DNA of 59,334 bases, counting the filler, from Sphacelaria rigidula (Eukaryota): assembly GCA_964200075.2 (NCBI GenBank). It is 9 parts of 9 records of this genome, joined end to end, with 100 filler letters (N's around TTAATTAATTAA, not from the genome) between each part and the next. Parts side by side here need not be neighbours in the genome. Positions count along the whole stretch, not along the records: positions 46,229 to 52,731 come from CAXNAA020019693.1; positions 52,832 to 59,334 come from CAXNAA020019694.1; 7 more parts are not named here. One strand, written 5' to 3'. The translations under genes were made by a program, and so were the position numbers. This document shows, piece after piece, positions 51,301 to 59,334 of the stretch (within the stretch, counting starts at the first letter, position 1; each line of letters begins with the position of its first letter). The notes under the pieces were generated by a model. The model saw only the letters and a list, made by a program, of their open reading frames with translations, did not search any database and was not told the DNA's origin.

Positions 51301-52396
51301 GCTGATCGGACCCAGAACCGGACCCCTGTTGACGCCGCTGCCCCTGCTGCTACTTCTGTTGGGAACTCGACTGTACACTTCCACCGCTTGATGATCCGCC
51401 TCCGCCACGTCCCCGATTACCTTTCCCTCCTTTGTGATTGCGAGGGCGCGCGGAACTTGTCTGCCCAGACTCCCCTTCAGAAGGCGTTGGACACTTCCGT
51501 GCGATCTGACCTACCTAGCCACACTGATAGCAAGTAATATTGGCGGCGGCATCACCTGTGGATTTTGATCCGCGGTTACGCGAACTCGAAGACTGCGGCG
51601 ACGATGTGGATGATTTTCCGAATACTTCGACCCGCCGCCATACCTTAGCTTCAGCCACCACGGTATCCAGAACTAAAGACGGGTCCGACGTCCAGTTTGT
51701 TTCGTGCTGTAACTGCACAAGCACGGCCTGCTTGACTTCCGCCGGTGCCAGACCCTCCACCATCGCTTTCGTGACCACCGCAGCGGCCCTGGGCGAAATT
51801 TCCCATCGGAGGATTGATAAACCATCTCTACATTGGGATTTTCTGATACGTCTCCAACTTACCCATTGTGGGCTCCACCCTCTCACGCATGGTCCTCCCC
51901 TTGTGGTTCATTGCGACAGCCCTCGCGACGGCCGCGGATGCCTGAATACGCTCTACCTCCGCGCCTGCCGCATGCCCTGCGTGCTTCTTCATCGCTGCGG
52001 CCAACTGCAGTGACGTTATGCTATGGTTTCCATTGAATCTTCTCGCGAAGACGCGTTGGAGGGGGGTACGCACGAGTTGCGCCATGGAAACCACCTGATG
52101 TCTTACCGCACCCCCCGCATTCGCATGCTCCACCCTTCTCTTGTGTTTGTGACGCCAGCAGGTTTGCTAGTACTGCAGAGTCTAAATGCTGTTGAGCGAC
52201 TCCCCAGCTCCACTGGCCTCAAGGTCTCAGTTGTCAGCCTTTACAGCACCTTATCATTATTTCGGAGTGAACACCTGTAGCCTACCATCAGGCCAGGGCT
52301 ACACAGCAAGGATCATCATCCACAGGATGCCCTTGTCCCCTGGCCATCATCCAGGATCCACTATGTACTCAGTCGTGACGGCGTGATTTCGCCACA
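48361..52396 (-). mobile_element. Decayed Ty3/Gypsy chromovirus-like element related to 33021-36375
   Basis: LTR at 52396-52148 (TGTGGCG...CGTCACA), gag with CYQCG (51515-52133), protease WDSGTT (about 50900), an RT remnant (49877-50701) and RNase H PLAFLSG.F.GSQ.RW (about 49850). Integrase C..C and core HFDFL...MDDMS...VSDTATHF...SPWSNGTCER (48540-49100) follow, then a PPT and a truncated 3' LTR (48426-48361). Confidence 0.93.
49596..49806 (-). mobile_element. TGT...ACA MITE nested in Gypsy pol with a 5-bp TSD
   Basis: CGGAC occurs at 49591-49595 and 49807-49811. TIRs are intact and GGGTTA repeats lie inside. Confidence 0.9.
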
Positions 52397-52731
52397 GCAC
52401 CCCCAAAGCGCGTTGGACGAGAATCGAGCAACACGTTTGACGCTCAGAAAACTAACGCCAAAACAATTGAGCAAGTTACAACTGAATCCCAAACTCACGA
52501 GTAATGCGAGCAGCAATGGAACGAGTCACTCGCACCTTACGCAACCCCTTCTTGAGAAATTCCGGAGCTGCCTCAAAACATTTTCAAAAGGCTCCCACAA
52601 ATGCTCCTCGACTTCAAAACCTACCCGGTCGACCAATACGATCAACGGACGATCCTCTGCCTCTGTCACGCGAACAATCCCAGCCATCTGAAATTGCCCC
52701 TTGTTAAAAGCGTGCTGAAACACGCCCTTCA
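52397..52731 (-). mobile_element. 3' end (chromodomain, 3' UTR, PPT) of an upstream copy of the same Gypsy family
   Basis: ORF 52526-52723 LVDRVGFEVEEHLWEPFENV fits the chromodomain LV.W.G.....TWEP..N pattern. 52330-52490 is a direct repeat of 48361-48520. Confidence 0.8.
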
Positions 52732-53146
52732 NNNNNNNNNNNNNNNNNNNNNNNNNNNNNNNNNNNNNNNNNNNNTTAATTAATTAANNNNNNNNNNNNN
52801 NNNNNNNNNNNNNNNNNNNNNNNNNNNNNNNGTCCCAAATACCGGTACCGGGTACCTACCTTACCTACGGTGCCTGTGAAATCATCATGTACCATTTAAC
52901 TGGTTAATGAGTGCACTACGCGTAACCATTTAACTGGTTAATGGTTAGACAAACCATTTCTGAGCTCTACAAAATAGCCTTCCGCATTTGCAACCTGTTG
53001 AGGCATGCTCAACCAAGTTAAGTGCTGCTGTTGTACCTCTGCCGTACAGTTGACAGACAGCTCACACCCAATCCGAGCTCACCGGAGAATGGGTTGTCTC
53101 ACTTCCAACACCTGCCGTTCCTCGGGACGAGTTAGTGGTCCCATCA

Positions 53147-55705
53147 CAGGTGGTTAGGACAGGGTAGGGTACCGTGGGTTACCCTGGAATCCATGAGTAA
53201 TACAAGCACTCAGTACCCCAGGGTGGCCATCGTATCGGGTACGGAGAACACGCAGGGTTATAGCGAACCCAGGGTATTGATAGCGAAACTTCTCAGTGAT
53301 TTAGAATACCAACAGCACCAAGTGTCGAAGGTACTGAATACTACAGGGTATGTTGTGTACTTCGCCCCTGAAATACCCGGTACAGTACCCGATGTACTGA
53401 GTGCAATTACTAAGTACTTCGGGTACCCAGGGACACATTGTCGAAAGTACTCCGTGTCACAGGGTGCCTCAGGTACCCCCCCCTGAAATACCCGACACTT
53501 TACCCGGAGTACTGAGGGTACTGCGTATAGCGGATGCCTAGGCTACCGATTCCTCTGAAAAATCAGCAACTCAGTATATCCGAGGTATGGTGTGCCGAAA
53601 GTACTTGATACTCCGGAGTGCTCGGGGTACCGTGACCCAAACATACTCCCTATCACGGGGTACATACCCGGTACCGGACAGCAATCTGCACTGATGAGCT
53701 CCCATCCTAGCTTCGTTACATCCAGTGCTCTGAATCAGTTGCTTGCACGATAGCAAGTTGCCTGGATGTATTCTCAATTTTGTATGAAAGGATGCAGGAT
53801 TCTGAAAAATTGGCTATTAGATGTTCCAAAAAGTACCTGCACAACAGCAAATCACCTCGATGACTCATGATTTTTTTACATTTGGCATAAAAAAAAGTGA
53901 GAAGTTCATGGGCTGTCTGTTGTAGTATTTGTGTCCATGTACCGAATTCCGTATATCTGGCTGTTGAATGTTATAAGAGTCACATGCACAACGGCAAGTT
54001 GCCAGCTTGTATATTATCAATTATCAAATTTTTTGTACTGAGCTGAATAGTGTTACTTGTCGACTGTCCAAAGATTAAATTGAGCTATATATATATATAT
54101 ATATATATATATTAGGGTCACCGTCGCGCCTTGTTGATAGAAATGTGTCGAACATACGGTGTATCAACGTATCAGCTCATTGAACTTCCTTGAAACGACG
54201 CCGATCTCTGTGATTTGCAACATCCGCGGGAGAAGCCGTTGCGCAAACCCCGGCGAAGCATGTGAGCCGTGTTGAACACACACACATTCACAAACACACC
54301 CACCCCCTCCTTTACAACCATGAACATTCTCGGGAGACCACACGTGGAATCGAGGAGGACAGTACTGAGCATGAGCGATGGCAGAGGTGCAGCGTCTGCA
54401 AGCAGGAACACGTCGGGCGGGCATGCACGCACTGCGCATGCAAGTTCCACGTCTGCTCCAGCGGAGCCCGCGGCGGGGGCGGACCGGCGATAGCTACAAA
54501 TGTCTATAAATGATATTACTTGATTCGAGCGTGTACAACGAGAATCGGAAATTTAGTAGGGCTGACAGTCTCGTGTGCTCCTCGCGTGGGCAGAACGTGT
54601 TTTTTCGTTAAAATCGACGCCACAGACGTCGATTTGGGGTCTCTACCAAGGCCGCACTTTGCCTAGGGAATGTCATGTACCGGCTCTGCCTGAGGTTTCT
54701 CGGTATGCGTTGGGGTTAGTGTTAGCGGTAGCGATACTTCGTAAAAATGTGTCAACCATGGACATCTGTGGCCCAACGCCGGTAAACTAGCCTCCGGGTG
54801 CCGCACGCTCGGCGACAGTCACCCGGACCCCTACGTTCAGGATACTTTTTTTCTTGTGTTATTCACGTGCAAAGCGCTGCCCACATATCGGGTGGGCTCG
54901 GCACTGAGTGTTCTCAGCTTGAGTACGAAGGGGGTACCCAGCCAGTATCAGGTGTCCAAATATTTGATTCGCGAAACGTTCTAGAAATAGGATTTTCCCC
55001 AAGCAAGCCTCCCCGAACCACATATCGAGTACGCGCAAGTACCCGGTGAATCAACCTCCCGAATAATTGAGTACTCCGGGCTGCTCAGGGTAGAAACACT
55101 CGGGAATACCGAGTACTCTACGGTACGCCAAGTATCGACTGCCGAAAGTACCGAATACCTCCAGGAATCTGGGGTAACCACCCACCGAAATATCCGGTAT
55201 GTTACCGGGAACATTCAGTGCACCAAATATTCAGTTCCCGGAATACTCAGTACCTATACTGAGTGTTGGGGGAGCCCTGGGTACTGTCGGTCGAAAACAC
55301 TGGGTACTCTAGGGTACTATTTGTATGTGCAGGATATTGGGTGATGGAAATACTTTGGTTTCAGGGTACCCGGGGTATCGACAGTCGAGAACACTCAACT
55401 GAATCAGTATTGAGGGTACCTACAGCGCGGCCGAAAATACTCAGCACTCCAAGGTGCCTAGGGTGCGCTTTGCCGGGAAAACCGAGTGTCACGGGGTACC
55501 TCGGGTACCCGCTCTCTGAAATACCCGGTTTGTGCCTACATGTACCGAGTACTCCAGTTATCCAGGATATCAAACAAAAAAATTACTCCGCACTCCCGGC
55601 TACCCAGGGCATGGACGGTCGAAAATACACAGCATACCAGAGTACCCAGGGTATCAATACGCCTCACTACCCAACTTGGTACCCTACCCTACTCTAACCA
55701 CCCTC
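53147..55705. mobile_element. About 2.55-kb non-autonomous TIR element with GGGTAC/GAGTAC subterminal repeat fields
   Basis: The left end GGTGGTTAGGACAGGGTAGGGTACC and the right end GGTACCCTACCCTACTCTAACCACC are imperfect inverted repeats. GTAC-rich blocks lie at 53160-53680 and 54900-55690, and a MITE is nested at about 54490-54790. Confidence 0.65.
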
Positions 55706-56879
55706 GGTCTCGAGGGATCAACGGATTTCCTCCCCGGAACACGCCTTCATTTTATATGTCGCGGATGGAATCAGCACACCCGCACTACGTGAACTATTCA
55801 TCTAACAGACTCAGCCAGACAGATTATTTCAAAGTTGGATAAATGATAATTCGTCTAGAAATTACTTGGTTTTAGTAATACTCTTTTCTCCCTTTTGGGC
55901 AATCAGGCCGAAGAAATCGTGGATTCGATGATTTGCAGTAGTGATGATTCGTCCTAACCGTGGATTATTTCTGCTACTCATGTCCTCGCGTTTTCGATAT
56001 GAATCAGATACTTGTGAGGGGGAAAAACACCACTTGTATAGGTGCATTTGGCGGGAATCCAATCCGCATTTTTTCCGACCTAGTGATGTGAGATGTACCA
56101 TAGGACCACGGGGGGGCGCGGCGGTTGTTGCGACACAGTATCAAACCCGCTGGCTTTTATTAGGGGATGACTTACAACGAGCCATGCTCCTGTACCGTAC
56201 ATGTCGACATGGTGCCAAAAATAACCGAACATCCATCACCCTCGGGCCTGATTCATCGGGGGTGAATTTAGGTGAATGCTTGACGCATCCTTGTGTGCTG
56301 GATCATCATCATCACACCGTGGGGCGTTTCCATCGTCAAATTACCTGAAGAAAGTATCTAGCCTACTACTCTGCAAGGGCGAAGACAATTTTTTATGGGG
56401 ATAAGTCCCGAATCTGGCGAGACCCCAATCTGGGCCATATCGGGGAGACTCAAATTCGAGAAGCTCAGATCCGTCTGTACCCCATTATCGTGGTATGGCT
56501 TCACAGATTTCTTGAAATAGTTCTGTACACGGAGGGCCATTTTCTGCAGGGGGGTGGTATCACAGTGAAGCCGAAGAAGAGGCAGGCAGTGAATCATCCT
56601 TCAAGGGCAGCATCGTACCGTGGTACTCTAGGGTTTAATGCAGTGCAGTACACTTCATCACAGTACACGATAATGCCGTGTGGCAATACATGATGGTACA
56701 GTCGGTATTGTGAGAATAGTGCACAGTGTGCGATAAGAGTTCACGAGTCCGGTGGCATTTATCACCCTGCAAGAGCAGCAACAGCAGAGAGTAGGACAGT
56801 ACAGTACCGCTTGTTATGAGGACGCGGTGCAGCACAAGATATTACCATCGCCGCAGGGTACGGCGTCAACACTTCCAAG

Positions 56880-57095
56880 GGTAGGTCGAGTAGAGTATGT
56901 ACTTTTGAGTCCTCGAGTAAAATACTCAAGTATTTACTCTACTCGACGTTTGAGTAGGTCGAGTACGGCCAAGAATACTCCACTCAATTTTTGATTACGT
57001 CGAGTGCGGCCTCAAATACTCTACTCAAATTTTTACCATAGTACGTCGAGTACAACTTCAAATACTCTCCTCAAATTTTGAGTAAGCACTCTCAG
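56880..57095. repeat. Degenerate GAGTA/TACTC tandem repeat patch
   Basis: Repeated GTCGAGT.C.GC.TCAAATACTCT.CTCAAATTTT-like units. Confidence 0.65.
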
Positions 57096-59334
57096 TACAG
57101 GCTGGGCCAGCCTACAAGCGGATTTGAACTTTGTAGGCGAATTCGCAATGTTTTTTCTCAGAGTTGGAAAGTGAAATTTGGTATGGACAATCAACAGGGC
57201 ATGAAGAAAAGCTGTCTGTGAGGTCCCGACGTTTTTTTTTTCATGAGTTAAGGGCATCTTACTAAAACCTCAAAACTGATTATTGCCCTTGATTCACGGG
57301 GGGAAAAAAATGGTCGGGACCTCACAGACAGCTTTTCTTCATGCCCTGTTGATCGTCCATACCAAATTTCACTGTCCAACTCCCAGCAAAAAATGCGAAT
57401 TTATCTTTGAAAACCGGGCCGGCGGGAATTTGGAGCAGTATTTTGCCGGCCGTTTATCGGCCCACGTTTGATGTTTATGGGTTGAAACTTTGCGCGGGAC
57501 CTTGCTAGGTCGTGATGAACCAAGAAAAACGGAAGATGTTGGGTTTTATTTTATTTTTTCACTGATTGAGGGCGTTTTAGTATGGTGACGATCATTTTTT
57601 TACGAGAACGCTCGAACCTCTCATGAGAAAAAAAAAAATGAAGGCCCAATTTTTTGTTCACTCAGCATACCTATGTCGTTCTCCATGCCAAGTTTCAAAT
57701 CACAATTAAAAAAATTGAGCTAAAAAATTGAGATAAGGCCCAAGAGCAGTGTTCATTTCTCCTCAAAACCCCCCTAAAAACACGAAAAAAGATGAAAAAA
57801 AAACGAACAAACCCGAAAAAGCTGTGTTTTTTATTCCATTATGCACTACCGGTTCTCCATACCAAATTTCATAGCACAACTCTCAAAAACTGAGACGCAA
57901 TATCCAGATGTAGGTCATCTAGTGCCTCTGCTCGTAATATACTGGTTTTATTATAGAACCTTATGTGCGCCATATCTCGAGATAGATAACGAATTAGGTG
58001 AAAGTGAGGGTACCTATCGTCTCCCCGTGCTCCACGGAAGGTCCACACCAAAAATCGTCATCATCCGCATGATTGATCGGTCGGGGTTTCATATAGATTT
58101 TAGTGTGGACGCTATCTCCGCTCCGCTAGGTATAGGAATTACTATACATGAGGTTTACTCGACGAGAAAAGAAATGGCCCAGATTTTTGAGCAGTGGGCA
58201 CCTTCCCCTTGATTAGACGATTAATACGATATGCGGATCACGGCCCAACTCGTTTGTGTCGTTGAGATATCGCTTTGAGAGCTTAAATCCGTTTTTTGGC
58301 CGGCCCAGCTCGCAAACATGAAGGGTTTCTGGTGTTGTTCAGAGGGACCGGGGAGGCGCGTTTACGCGAACCGCCCAACGAAACAAATCCATGGTTGAAG
58401 AGCAATGCTACAGTTGGGGTTGCACTCTTTGTCTGGATCTCTTTTTGTAGCAGCCCAGAAGTATGAGGCTTACTCTGCAACCCGAATCTCCGGGGACCAG
58501 ACTCCCAGAATCATGGTGTTTGCACGCAGGGGCCTTTTGGGGAATCGGCATCATTTTCAGGCTTTTTCGAGTAAAAATGATGCCGATTCTCAAAATGACC
58601 CGTCCAACACCCCGAGCAGCCCCGAGAAACGTTTTCGCTGATAAAAGTGCAACCCCTACCGTAGCATTGCTCTGGAGACTTTTTCTTTTTCTTTGTCAAG
58701 TCATCCCTTTAAAACATACGGTCGTGCATACTGAAACCAAGTGTTTTTCGACCATGTATTTTTGTCGCCTAGTTGGCGTTAACCCTTAGACAGCGAGAGT
58801 AGGTCATCTGTTGAATTGGCATCAATTTCACTTGAAAAGAGTATGCATGATCCAGATAGACTACCCTCGCGGTCTAGGGGTTAACTCTACTGAGGCCGGG
58901 GAGCCGGAGGGATGGTTGGGCAAGGATTGGGGTGGGGCGGTAATCGTTCATGGATGTGTCGTGATGTGCAACGTTGCGCTCTTGAAGGTGCATTTGTTCG
59001 TGGGGTAAGGCATCGAGCTGCCGTGAAAGGTCGCTGGCTATTTACACAAATACCAATATATAAGCACCATTTACTGCCGAACACGCAAGGTCTCAAAGTG
59101 ACCATTTTGGAGTAAGAACTAGGTCGACATCCCCCCGTAGTCGTACGTACGTACGTCCATCCGTCCATAGCATGAGATGGATCCCCATGACTATGACAAC
59201 ATCACAAAGAAGGATGACCCCTCATAACATGTGGGCGTGGGGAGGGGGGGGGCGGGGTACTCATTTGTCGCTCGCCTTAGTCATTTATTTGACCATTGAC
59301 CACGCATCCCTTTCGAGACGGAGCACCTGTACGC

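Noticed and set aside
56358..58212. ORFs 56358-56597 (-) and 57841-58212 (+) as exons
   Set aside because: Some splice-like signals are present, but there is no partner exon or recognisable domain.
11932..59326. All G-tract retroelement copies share one orientation
   Set aside because: They fall on only five arbitrarily oriented contigs, so chance is sufficient.

Overview
This is eukaryotic, intron- and repeat-rich DNA, most likely from a brown alga or another stramenopile. That assignment is an inference from the WSC and GSDH-PKD exons, the GT-AG introns and the TTAGGG-type repeats. The window is not one locus. It is an artificial concatemer of nine size-sorted contigs (seven of 6504 bp, two of 6503 bp) joined by identical 100-nt N44-TTAATTAATTAA-N44 linkers, so adjacency across gaps has no biological meaning. 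Host gene pieces: four phase-compatible exons of a glucose/sorbosone-dehydrogenase-like PKD-domain protein (6726-12773, +), a WSC-domain exon (14641-14697, -), a five-exon coiled-coil gene (40179-42629, +), a possible two-exon gene 3' end (45160-45815, -) and a possible decayed kinase. Mobile DNA dominates: a decayed Copia element, two related chromodomain-bearing Gypsy elements (one in head-to-tail tandem around a shared LTR), many MITE/foldback families and tRNA-derived SINE heads. Two signals stand out. The first is a non-LTR retroelement family, with two subfamilies, that inserts at G/C homopolymer tracts, with filled/empty-site comparisons and a 13-bp TSD visible inside the window. The second is an abundant TGT...ACA MITE with 4-5 bp TSDs that carries telomere-like CCCTAA repeats, a Ginger-like signature.
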